64,000 nt of DNA from an uncultured Gammaproteobacteria bacterium (GTDB taxonomy: Bacteria; Patescibacteriota; Patescibacteriia; UBA9934): the NCBI GenBank assembly GCA_964552565.1, contig CAZKGL010000002.1, positions 365 through 64,364 of the forward strand, read 5' to 3'. Position 1 is the first letter of the stretch; each line of letters starts with the position of its first letter. The notes beneath the pieces were generated by a model. It did no database searches. It saw nothing but the letters and a program-made list of their open reading frames with translations, and had not been told where the DNA came from. Positions 24,474 to 33,188 of this stretch are shown piece by piece. Made by a program: the position numbers and the translations under genes.

Positions 24474-25371
24474 AACCTTGCTGCGTAAAACGTTCCGACG
24501 GAGGGAACAAATGAATACTATCGATATCCTTGGCGGCGGCCTTCAGCATGACCAGCCGGTCGACGCCGAGCGCATTGCCAAAGGTGGGAGACGCGACGGA
24601 GGATAGCCGAGAAAGCAGCTCCTCGTCAATCGGGAAGACCTCCTTGCCCGCCGCCCGGCGCTCCTCCTGCTCCATGCGGAACCGGGCACGCTGTTCGTTG
24701 GCATCCACGAGCTCGGTGAAGCCGTTGCATAGCTCCATGCCGCCCACATAGGCCTCAAACCGCTGCGCCGACCGGCCGTCCGGCGATTTTTGCGCGAGCG
24801 CGGCCTGGTCGATCGGGAACTCGTTCACAAAGAACCGGTCGTACGTGACCATGAGGGATGGGAGGATATGCTGGTTGAACGTGTCTTCGTCCGTCGCGCC
24901 GCGCGCACCCTGCCATGCCGCGAGGAGGTCGACGTACGAGAACCGCGGCCACCGCTCCCCCCTCCCGCCAACAAATCCGTCGATGAGCGCCTCGGTTTCG
25001 TCCATGCACGCGTGGTAGTCGGCGCCCTGGCGGTACCACTCGAGCATCGTGAACTCGATGGAGTGGTCGCCGCCGAGCTCTTCGACGTTGCGGAAGACCG
25101 GCGTCACCGTGTAAATGCGCTCCATGCCGGCGCCAAGGAGCTTCTTCATGCTGTACTCGGGGCTCGTAATAAGCCCGGCGCGCACCTTCCCGCGGCGAAT
25201 GACGTTCAGGTCGATGCCGACCGGGTCGAGGTTCGGCTCCATGCCCGGAGATGCGACCGCGATCGGCGTGCGGACGTTCGTGTACCCGCGTTCCGCAAAG
25301 AACCGGTCGAGGTATGCGTACGTGTCGTTCCAGAGCTGTGCGCGCTGCTGCGCGTCTTCACGAGAAATCAT
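24457..25371 (-). CDS. epmA: EF-P--(R)-beta-lysine ligase EpmA (PoxA/GenX; class II LysRS paralog)
   Basis: Class II aaRS motifs (FRNE, GGDHSIEFTMLEWY, NGFTE...GLGVDRL) without anticodon-binding domain. Overlaps the efp start by 17 nt. TGA stop. Confidence 0.85.
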   Translation of the reverse strand: MISREDAQQRAQLWNDTYAYLDRFFAERGYTNVRTPIAVASPGMEPNLDPVGIDLNVIRRGKVRAGLITSPEYSMKKLLGAGMERIYTVTPVFRNVEELGGDHSIEFTMLEWYRQGADYHACMDETEALIDGFVGGRGERWPRFSYVDLLAAWQGARGATDEDTFNQHILPSLMVTYDRFFVNEFPIDQAALAQKSPDGRSAQRFEAYVGGMELCNGFTELVDANEQRARFRMEQEERRAAGKEVFPIDEELLSRLSSVASPTFGNALGVDRLVMLKAAAKDIDSIHLFPPSERFTQQGYGISE

Positions 25372-25445
25372 AGCGAAAAATCAAGAATAAGCGTCATGAG
25401 ACGCCTATTCCTGGTGACGCGGATGTTTTCGCCACGTGTTGCATG

Positions 25446-25673
25446 TTACTCCTGGACAAACGGGAGCAATGCCATGATGCGCGAGCGCTTGATTTCGCCG
25501 GCGACTTCGCGCTGGTGGCTCGAGCAGAGGCCACTGCGCTTGCGCGGCACGATCTTCGCGAACGAAGAAAGGTAGCGGCGCAGCATGTCGGTGTTCTTGT
25601 AGTCGATGACGAGGTCCTTCTGCACGCAGAACGGGCAGTGGCGGACGCCGGTCTTTTGCTGTTGCTTTGCCAT
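25446..25673 (-). CDS. rpsR: 30S ribosomal protein S18
   Basis: CPFCVQKDLVIDYKNTDMLRRYLS... 75 aa. Confidence 0.95.
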   Translation of the reverse strand: MAKQQQKTGVRHCPFCVQKDLVIDYKNTDMLRRYLSSFAKIVPRKRSGLCSSHQREVAGEIKRSRIMALLPFVQE

Positions 25674-25679
25674 AAGGGT

Positions 25680-26123
25680 TTAGAACGGAATATCTTCAAG
25701 TTTGATTTCATCATCGGCAACCGGTGTGGGCGCATCGTCAGAGGCCGGTGCTTCGCTCTTGAACGGCGTGCCGCCGCCCATCCCCGCACCCGCCTTGTCG
25801 AGCATGATCATGTTCTCGGCGACGATTTCGGTGCGGTAGCGCTTCTGGCCGTCCTGGCCTTCCCACTCGCGGTTTTGGATGCGGCCGTCGACGTACACCT
25901 TTTTGCCCTTCGTGAGGTACTGAGCGCAGATCTCTGCCAAGCGGCCCCAGGCGACGATGTTGTGATAGTCGGCCTGTTCCTTGCGTTCGCCGGTCTGGGT
26001 GGTAAACGCGCGGTTGGTGGCAATACTGAACGACGTGACCGACTGGCCGTTCGCCGTCTTCCGGAGCTCCGGGTCGCGGGTCAGGTTGCCGATGAGCATT
26101 GCGCGGTTGAGGGAGTTTGCCAT
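25680..26123 (-). CDS. ssb: single-stranded DNA-binding protein
   Basis: OB-fold MANSLNRAMLIGNLTRDPELR..., Gly-rich linker, acidic C-terminal tail DDEIKLEDIPF. Confidence 0.95.
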   Translation of the reverse strand: MANSLNRAMLIGNLTRDPELRKTANGQSVTSFSIATNRAFTTQTGERKEQADYHNIVAWGRLAEICAQYLTKGKKVYVDGRIQNREWEGQDGQKRYRTEIVAENMIMLDKAGAGMGGGTPFKSEAPASDDAPTPVADDEIKLEDIPF

Positions 26124-26135
26124 ATGAAGAGCGCG

Positions 26136-26621
26136 TTAGATGCTCTTCATGATATCGGAGTCGAGGATTTCGTCGAGCTTCTTATCAAGCTCCTGGGTCG
26201 ACATCGGCTTTTCGTCCGTCGCGGCGGCCGGCTTGTCAGCACGGCGCGGGCGGTCGTCGGCCTTGTCGCTAGCGCGGCGGCCCTCCGCGTTGAGCGGCGG
26301 GACGTACGACGTCGGCTTCGGCGTGTGGACCGGGACGCCGTCCGGGCGGGCGACGATCATGTGGCGGAGCACCTCGTCGGCAAGGCGCAAGTCCTGGTCG
26401 ACCTTCTTCATGGCTTCCTGCGCGGCCTCGACGTAAAAGAGGACGTACGTGCCGTAGCGGACGTGGTCGATGGCGTACGCGAGCTTGAGCTTCCCGAGGT
26501 TTTCGGTCTTCTCAATCTTGCAGCCGTCGGTTTCGAGCGTCTTTGCGACGCGCTCGCTCACGGCGTCGATCTCGTTGTCGGAGAACTTCGCCGGGATGAT
26601 CGTGAGGATCTCGTAGATCAT
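26136..26621 (-). CDS. rpsF: 30S ribosomal protein S6 (with extended basic/acidic C-terminal tail)
   Basis: MIYEILTIIP...GKLKLAYAI...YVLFYV. rpsF-ssb-rpsR operon order conserved. Confidence 0.9.
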   Translation of the reverse strand: MIYEILTIIPAKFSDNEIDAVSERVAKTLETDGCKIEKTENLGKLKLAYAIDHVRYGTYVLFYVEAAQEAMKKVDQDLRLADEVLRHMIVARPDGVPVHTPKPTSYVPPLNAEGRRASDKADDRPRRADKPAAATDEKPMSTQELDKKLDEILDSDIMKSI

Positions 26622-26864
26622 AGGTGGCTTGGCTCCGGTGGTCCGGAGCAACCCCGGGTGGGGCTTTGGACAAGAATAAGTGGCCGAACTGTAGCGGAAA
26701 AGGCCGGTGGCGTCAATGCCCTAGGCGGGGGTGCCCCGGGTATGCCACAATTCTTGTCAGCGGCCGGTTTTTCTGCTAGGCTGCGTGCTCCTCTGCTCCC
26801 CTTGGGCATCTCGCCCGGGAGCCGACGAGGAGAGTAACCGCCCTTTCCCACAAGGAGGTGCGCC

Positions 26865-28631
26865 ATGGCGGCGACCCCCGAAACCACCCCCGCGCTCCCC
26901 GCGCCGGTCGGCGGCGGCCGGTACCGGTTCATCCGGGAACTCGGCGTCGGCGGCATGGCGACGGTCTACGAGGCCATCGACGACCGACTCGACCGCGTCC
27001 GAGCCATCAAGGTCATGCACCCGCACCTGACGCGCTCGAAGGAGCTCGTCGCGCGGCACATGGCCGAGGCCAAGGCGCTCGCGAAGCTCGAAGGCCACCC
27101 GAACGTGCTGCGCGTGTACGACGTCGGCGTCGAAGACGGCAAGTACTACATCGTCATGGAGCTCGTCGACGGGATGAACGTCGCGGAGATGATGTTCTTC
27201 CGCGGCGGCGGCAAGGTGCAGGCCAAGTTCCTCGTGCGGGAAGCCGTCGACACCATGCACGCGGTCCTGTCGGCGCTCCGCGCCGCGCACGAACTCGGCA
27301 TGGTCCACCGTGACGTCAAGACGCAGAACGTCATGCTCACGAAGGACGGGCGGGTGCTCGTCATGGACTTCGGCATCGCGCTCTTCGCCGACAGCACGCT
27401 CACGAAGACCTCGGTCGTCATGGGCGGCTTCACGACGAGCCCGCCGGAGCAGCTCATGAGCGCGAAGAACGTCGACCAGACGGCCGACATCTACGCGTGT
27501 GGCGTGATGCTCTACCACATGCTGTCCGCGGACCTCGAGACGACGGAGTTCTACAAGAAGGTGCGCGACGACGGCCGCATGTCGTCCGTTCCGCCTCCCT
27601 TCGTCACGGTGTTCCGCCGCGCCTGCGCGGAGCGCCCCGAAGACCGCTACCAGAACGTGGAAGAGATGGTCGCGGGGATCGACGACGCCATGCGCGCGTA
27701 CCTCGCGATGACGCCGACGAACGCCGCGCTGGATCCTCCTGAGCCTCAGGTGGCTCCGAAACTGGAGCGGCCGGCGGCGCAGGTGATCCGCCTCAGCCCG
27801 GAAGCGGCCGCGCCGACCGCGGTGCCCGAGGCGGTGGAGGACCGCCCCGAGCCGCCCGAGGCGATCGCGAGCCGCGTCACGATGCCGCCCGAGTCCATCA
27901 AGGGCGACATCAGCGAGGATCCGTTCGCGGATCCGCCCGAGGTGCGCTCCCGCTCCCCGCGGTGGCTCATCCCGGCCGCGGTCGCAGTCGTGCTCGCCGT
28001 CGGCGCCGGAGCCTGGTCCTGGCGCACCTCGCCCGAGGCCGCCCCGGACCCCGCCGTCACGCAGGTGGCGGTGGCCGCGCCGATGCCCGTCATCGATCCG
28101 GAGCCGGAGACGTCGATGGCGGTGGACGAGGACGACCGCGTGCTCGACACGAGCGTGCCCGACGTCGGGACCACCGTCCTGACCTCGGCGGACCTCGTGC
28201 CCGCGCCCGCCGTCGCCGCGTCGACCCCGATGCCCGCCACCGTCGCGCTCAGCGCGACCCCTGCGGCCATCGAGGCGCAACCGTCGGTGCAGCCGTCCGA
28301 GGCGAAGCTGCTGAAGCCGAAGGCCGTGAAGCCCAAGGCGGCGGCGAAGCCCGTCACCCACACAGCCCGGTCCGCGGACGGAAGCATCGTCTTCACGGCG
28401 ACGCTCACCCCGTCCGACGACGCCGCGCGGCTCCTCGTGCGCTACAAGGTGGGCACTTCCCCGTGGAAGAAGCTCGCCATGCGCCAGGGCGCCCCCGGGA
28501 CGTACACCGCCACCCTCACGGTCGACGAGACCATGAAGGACGGCGTGAGGTACGTCGTCGAGGCGAGCCGGGACGGCGCGGAGCCGCTGCGGGACGGCAG
28601 CATGGACGTGCCGTACACCATCGTGCCCTAG
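26865..28631 (+). CDS. Hanks-type serine/threonine protein kinase with TM segment and extracellular C-terminal domain
   Basis: GxGxxG (LGVGGMATVY), VAIK-like AIKVM, HRDVKTQN catalytic loop, DFG. Pro/Ala-rich linker, TM (WLIPAAVAVVLAVGAGAW). CAAGGAGG RBS. Confidence 0.9.
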   Translation: MAATPETTPALPAPVGGGRYRFIRELGVGGMATVYEAIDDRLDRVRAIKVMHPHLTRSKELVARHMAEAKALAKLEGHPNVLRVYDVGVEDGKYYIVMELVDGMNVAEMMFFRGGGKVQAKFLVREAVDTMHAVLSALRAAHELGMVHRDVKTQNVMLTKDGRVLVMDFGIALFADSTLTKTSVVMGGFTTSPPEQLMSAKNVDQTADIYACGVMLYHMLSADLETTEFYKKVRDDGRMSSVPPPFVTVFRRACAERPEDRYQNVEEMVAGIDDAMRAYLAMTPTNAALDPPEPQVAPKLERPAAQVIRLSPEAAAPTAVPEAVEDRPEPPEAIASRVTMPPESIKGDISEDPFADPPEVRSRSPRWLIPAAVAVVLAVGAGAWSWRTSPEAAPDPAVTQVAVAAPMPVIDPEPETSMAVDEDDRVLDTSVPDVGTTVLTSADLVPAPAVAASTPMPATVALSATPAAIEAQPSVQPSEAKLLKPKAVKPKAAAKPVTHTARSADGSIVFTATLTPSDDAARLLVRYKVGTSPWKKLAMRQGAPGTYTATLTVDETMKDGVRYVVEASRDGAEPLRDGSMDVPYTIVP

Positions 28632-28706
28632 CGGCAGGGCAAACGGCGCCCCTGGGAACGCAAGTTCCCGGGGGCGCACACCTTTCCTTCAACCCATTTC
28701 ATTACT

Positions 28707-29951
28707 ATGCAAACCTTCGCCATCCTTGGCAGTCACCCCACGCTTTCGCTCGCCGAGATTACGGCCGCGACCGACGCACGCGCCACGCACGCCGCAGGCA
28801 TCGCCGCGGTCTTTGATGACGTGTCGGGCGACCCCGGCACTCTCATGGAGCGGCTCGGCGGGACGCAAAAACTCGGCGTCGTCATCGGCGAAGTCGCCAA
28901 ACCCGACACGGGCGAACTCGTGGCGTTCCTTGCGACCCAGCTCGAACACGAGCACCGCGAAAGCAAGATGCATTTCGGCGTCAGCGTCTACGACTTCGGC
29001 AATCCGAAGGGCGTCGACCTCCTCGCGAAGCAGGCGCGTCAGATCGGCATGACGGTAAAAACCCAACTCAAAGAAAAGGGGCTGTCCGCGCGCTTCGTCA
29101 TGAGCGAGAGCCCGGCGTTGAATGCCGTTGCGGTCCGGAAAAACGACCTCATCAAGAAGGGCGCGGAATTCGTCCTGCTCGTCGCACCGGACCGTGTCGT
29201 CATTGGCACCACGACGGCCGTGCAGGACGCTGAAGATTGGAGCGAGCGCGACTTCGGCCGTCCGCGACGCAACGCGAAGCAAGGCATGCTCCCGCCGAAA
29301 CTCGCGCGCATGATGATAAACCTCACCGGCGAGCGCGTGACCGGCAAGACGCTCCTCGACCCATTCTGCGGCAGCGGCACCGTGCTCATGGAAGGCGCGA
29401 TGCTCGGCGCGGCGAAACTCGTCGGCAGCGACATCGCGACCGGCGCGGTCCACGACACGCAGCACAACCTCTCGTGGCTCAAGGAGCGCGGGGTGTCGGT
29501 CGGCGACGTCGACGTGTTTGCGGCAAAGGCAAGCGAGGTCGCACACCGCCTCGAACCCAAGTCGATCGATCTTCTCGTCACGGAAACCTATCTCGGCATG
29601 CCGCGCCGCGGCACGGAAACGAAGGAGGAAATTCTCAAGGCGGTGGAGTACATCGGCACGCTGTATCGCGAAAGCTTTGCGACCCTGCGTGCGGTGCTCG
29701 CGGACGACGCCGTCCTCGTCATTGCCGCGCCGGTGCACATGCTCGGCGATGCGTCATACGAAGCGCCGGTCGAAGCGATCATGACCGAACTCGGCTACTC
29801 CTACGACCCGGTGACGCCGGATCCGCTCATCTACCACCGCGAGGACCAGCTCGTCGGCCGCCGATTTTTCCGCTTCCAGGCAAACCCGCCCAAACAAGGA
29901 GGCCCCGGCAACGCGGCGGTGTACAAGAAAATGAAGGCCGAGCAAGGCTAA
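28707..29951 (+). CDS. THUMP-domain SAM-dependent RNA (guanine-N2) methyltransferase-like protein
   Basis: DPFCGSGT motif and downstream class I MTase motifs, preceded by a THUMP-like N-terminal region, 414 aa. Confidence 0.65.
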   Translation: MQTFAILGSHPTLSLAEITAATDARATHAAGIAAVFDDVSGDPGTLMERLGGTQKLGVVIGEVAKPDTGELVAFLATQLEHEHRESKMHFGVSVYDFGNPKGVDLLAKQARQIGMTVKTQLKEKGLSARFVMSESPALNAVAVRKNDLIKKGAEFVLLVAPDRVVIGTTTAVQDAEDWSERDFGRPRRNAKQGMLPPKLARMMINLTGERVTGKTLLDPFCGSGTVLMEGAMLGAAKLVGSDIATGAVHDTQHNLSWLKERGVSVGDVDVFAAKASEVAHRLEPKSIDLLVTETYLGMPRRGTETKEEILKAVEYIGTLYRESFATLRAVLADDAVLVIAAPVHMLGDASYEAPVEAIMTELGYSYDPVTPDPLIYHREDQLVGRRFFRFQANPPKQGGPGNAAVYKKMKAEQG

Positions 29952-30080
29952 CCAAAAACGACGCCGCGAGGCGTCTTTTTGGCGGCTCTTCGTTTTCCTC
30001 AAGAAAAATGCGAAAAAGAACGCCTTCGCATTGACAATCGACCACAGCAACGACAGTATGGATGGCACGGAGGTCCCACC

Positions 30081-30485
30081 ATGTCCCTTCCCGTCCGTTC
30101 GGGCGACGGCCGCACGCCCGTCCCCGTCATCACCGCCCTCGACATCCGCAACGACCCCAGCCTCGCCATCCGCCTCCTCACCCCGATCGCCGATCTGCCG
30201 CTCGACGAGGCCGACGAAGCGGCGCGCCGGCTCGGGAACTCGCAGCTCACCTACGTCTACGAGGTCGTCGACTTCGACGAGGTGACGTTCGCCGCGTCGC
30301 TCGTGCCGCCGCACCTCGCGCGGAAGCTTCGTGCCGCGTTCGGCGCGAAGCTCCAGCCGGTCTGCGAGCTCGGCGAGGGGCTCGCGTCGCTCTGCCGCCA
30401 GGCGGTCGGGCGCGGACGCCCCGCGCAGTGGCTCCTCGAGGAGGTCAACCGGGAGATCGACAAGGTCATCCGGCTCCGGACGTAG
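30081..30485 (+). CDS. hypothetical protein (134 aa)
   Basis: High GC3 ORF MSLPVRSGDGRTPVPVITALD... with GGAGGTCCCACC RBS; followed by a terminator. Confidence 0.5.
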   Translation: MSLPVRSGDGRTPVPVITALDIRNDPSLAIRLLTPIADLPLDEADEAARRLGNSQLTYVYEVVDFDEVTFAASLVPPHLARKLRAAFGAKLQPVCELGEGLASLCRQAVGRGRPAQWLLEEVNREIDKVIRLRT

Positions 30486-30506
30486 TCCACCTCCGCCGAC
30501 ATCGAA

Positions 30507-30550
30507 GACGCCGCCCCCAACCTCCTCGGGGACGGCGTCGCTCTTTTTTA
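30507..30550 (+). terminator. rho-independent terminator
   Basis: GACGCCGCCCC...GGGGACGGCGTC stem followed by CTCTTTTTTATT. Confidence 0.6.
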
Positions 30551-30702
30551 TTCCTCCCATCCCTCAACGGAGACGGCGGGGTGCGGGGATCCCGCCCATG
30601 CAATAAGGGGTGGCGGCGAGGGAGGCCCCCGATGGGCGCGCAGGGAGCGAAGCGACTCGAGCACCCAGCGGGGGTCCGAGCCGACAGGACCCGACCACTA
30701 CA

Positions 30703-31779
30703 TCACGATCCGATGCGGAAGTGGCAGACGTCGCCGTCCTGCATGACGTAGTCCTTGCCCTCAATACGCAGCTTGCCGTGGTCGCGCGCACCGGACTCGC
30801 CGCCGAACGTCACGAAGTCCTCGTACGAGATCACTTCTGCGCGGATGAAGTTCTTTTCGAAATCCGTGTGGATCACGCCGGCGGCTTGCGGCGCCTTCGT
30901 TCCTTTCGGAATCGTCCATGCCCGCGTCTCCTGTTCGCCGGTCGTGAGGTACGTCATCAAGTGCAACAACTCGTAACACTTGCGGATGACCGTATCGAGT
31001 CCGGACTCCTTCATACCAAGCTCTCCGAGCATCATCTTCGCGTCGTCGTCCGGCATCCCCGCGAGCTCCGCCTCGATCTTCACGGAGATCGGAATGGCAA
31101 GACGGTCAGGACCAAGCGGCGACGTCCACGCCCCGGATGTCGCCGTATCTTCGTCGACGTTCACGACGTAGAGAATCGGTTTCGTCGTGAGGAGCTGCAC
31201 GCCCTTCGCCGCCTCGCGCTCCTCGTCGGTCAGCTCCACGCTCCGCGCAAGCTTCCCCTGCGTCAGCGCCGCATGCCATTTCTCGAGCGCCGACGCCTGC
31301 ACCGCGAGCTCCGGCGTCTTGCCGGACTTCATCTTCCCTTTCACGCCATCGAGGACGCGCTCGACCGTCACAAGGTCGGCCATGGCAAGCTCGAGCTCGA
31401 TGACCTCGACGTCCCGCGCCGGGTCGACGCTTCCGTCGACGTGCGTGATATCCGGATTTACAAACTGGCGGACGACGTGCGCGATCATGTCGCACTCGCG
31501 AATGTTCGCGAGGAACTTGTTCCCCAGCCCTTCACCCTTGTGTGCCCCCTTCACCAGACCGGCGATGTCGACAAACTCGATCGCCGTCGGGATGAGCTTT
31601 TTCGACTGCGACATCTCCCCAAGCACCCTCACGCGCTCGTCCGGGACTTCGACGACGCCGACGTTCGGCTCGATGGTGCAAAACGGGAAGTTTGCGCAAT
31701 CCACCTGTTTTTTGGTGAGCGCGGTAAAAAGCGTGGATTTTCCGACGTTTGGGAGGCCGACGATGCCAACATTCAACAT
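30703..31779 (-). CDS. ychF: ribosome-binding ATPase YchF (Obg-family GTPase with TGS domain)
   Basis: GLPNVGKST G1 motif, NVDE, C-terminal TGS domain, 358 aa. Confidence 0.95.
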   Translation of the reverse strand: MLNVGIVGLPNVGKSTLFTALTKKQVDCANFPFCTIEPNVGVVEVPDERVRVLGEMSQSKKLIPTAIEFVDIAGLVKGAHKGEGLGNKFLANIRECDMIAHVVRQFVNPDITHVDGSVDPARDVEVIELELAMADLVTVERVLDGVKGKMKSGKTPELAVQASALEKWHAALTQGKLARSVELTDEEREAAKGVQLLTTKPILYVVNVDEDTATSGAWTSPLGPDRLAIPISVKIEAELAGMPDDDAKMMLGELGMKESGLDTVIRKCYELLHLMTYLTTGEQETRAWTIPKGTKAPQAAGVIHTDFEKNFIRAEVISYEDFVTFGGESGARDHGKLRIEGKDYVMQDGDVCHFRIGS

Positions 31780-31918
31780 AGTGGCGAAAGTCTAGCAAAA
31801 ACATTGACGAAAGCCAACTTTTGCGGTAGTTTATCCCCTCCAATGATACGCTTTGGAGAGGCTGCGGACCCGCGTCTGTGCCTACCGATTCCGTGACCAC
31901 AACCCCGGAGGACACCCC

Positions 31919-33121
31919 ATGTTCCTTTCCCTGGCGAGCCTGGCGCTCGCACAGACCCCCGCCGAGTTCTGGCAGAAGCCCCTCAAGGAGGGCGTCGAGC
32001 CCGCGAAGGCGACCGTCGTCCTCGTCATCACCGCCCCGGAGACCGGGACGGCGACGAGCGTCATCGTCCGCGACAGCACGAACCTCCCCGAGCAGCTCGG
32101 CAAGTTCGAGCCCGACGGGATCCTGACGGTCGAGGCCGACAAGTCGACGAAGGCGAACGTGCTCGCCGCGCTCGCGGAGCTCCGCAAGTACGGCCGTGGC
32201 GTCGTCATCATCGACGGCCCATGGGTCGGCGGTGACTTCGAGGACCCCGTCCTCCTCACCGTCGACGCGAAGGCCGACGACCGCAAGACCGGCATCCGCG
32301 CCCGCGACCTGCTCGCGCAGCTCGACGGCGGCCAGGAGTGGGTCGCGGTCATCGCGCCGACGTTCGCGCCCGGCATGACGCCGAGCGGCGAGTCGTACAT
32401 CGGCCTGGACGCCGACCAGTGGGCGAGCTTCGCCCCGTCGACGATGAACGGCTACTTCCTGACGTCGCACGCCGACGTGGGGACGCCGCCGAGCGCGACC
32501 TGCAACGTGCGGTTCACCCACGTCCTCGGCAACAGCGTGAACGCGCACTACGGCTCGGGCCACGACCTCACCTTCGACGAGCTCACGAAGCTCGCGAAGC
32601 GGGAGGCCGGGCTCACGCCCGCGTGCGGCTTCGCCCCCGAGGCCCGCTACACCGGCAACCTCGCTCCGCCGCGCGTCATGCTCGTCGGGTCGGGCATCCT
32701 GCCCGAGCCCGATGCGCCCGTCGCCGTGATGATGCCGGAGAAGGGTCCCGTCGAGCCGGTGAAGATCCGGCCGAAGCACACGGTCCCCCTGCCGGTCTCG
32801 ATCGGCACCACGGGGCTCGGCGCCGTGCTCCTCGGCACCGCCGGCGTCCTCGCGGTCGGCATGCAGGCCGACGCCGAGACCGCCCGCGCGAGCTACGCCG
32901 AGCGCTTCAGCGAGACGAACGCCCGCGAGGAGTTCGGCAGCGAGGCCGAGGCGCAGGCCGAAGCGGAGGCGGAGGCGAAGCGCCTCGACAGCGAGTTCGG
33001 CCAGCGCGGCACGCTGATCGGGGCGCTCGCCATCGGCGGCGGCGTCATGCTCGTCGGCGGCGGCGTGACCTTCGTCATCTCCGACCAGGGCGGCATGGCC
33101 ACCCTCACCCTCCCGTTCTGA
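31919..33121 (+). CDS. hypothetical secreted / C-terminally membrane-anchored protein (400 aa)
   Basis: Signal peptide MFLSLASLALAQTPA, (EA)n low-complexity segment, C-terminal hydrophobic helix. High GC3. Same CCCCGGAGGACACCC pre-ATG context as the 21060 gene. Confidence 0.6.
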   Translation: MFLSLASLALAQTPAEFWQKPLKEGVEPAKATVVLVITAPETGTATSVIVRDSTNLPEQLGKFEPDGILTVEADKSTKANVLAALAELRKYGRGVVIIDGPWVGGDFEDPVLLTVDAKADDRKTGIRARDLLAQLDGGQEWVAVIAPTFAPGMTPSGESYIGLDADQWASFAPSTMNGYFLTSHADVGTPPSATCNVRFTHVLGNSVNAHYGSGHDLTFDELTKLAKREAGLTPACGFAPEARYTGNLAPPRVMLVGSGILPEPDAPVAVMMPEKGPVEPVKIRPKHTVPLPVSIGTTGLGAVLLGTAGVLAVGMQADAETARASYAERFSETNAREEFGSEAEAQAEAEAEAKRLDSEFGQRGTLIGALAIGGGVMLVGGGVTFVISDQGGMATLTLPF

Positions 33122-33188
33122 CCCGTTCGCACCGGTCCGCGATGCGAAGCCCCCGCCACGGCGCATGCCATGGCGGGGGCCTTCTTTG

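Noticed and set aside
26757-28679. 640-aa minus-strand ORF over the kinase locus
   Set aside because: It is antisense to a Hanks kinase with complete catalytic motifs; the translation is Arg/Gly/Asp-rich.
21045-31918. Identical CCCCGGAGGACACCC pre-ATG context at two hypothetical genes (21060 and 31919) as evidence of paralogous insertion
   Set aside because: It is only 15 nt, is explained by an SD (GGAGG) plus a GC-rich spacer, and the two proteins share no similarity.
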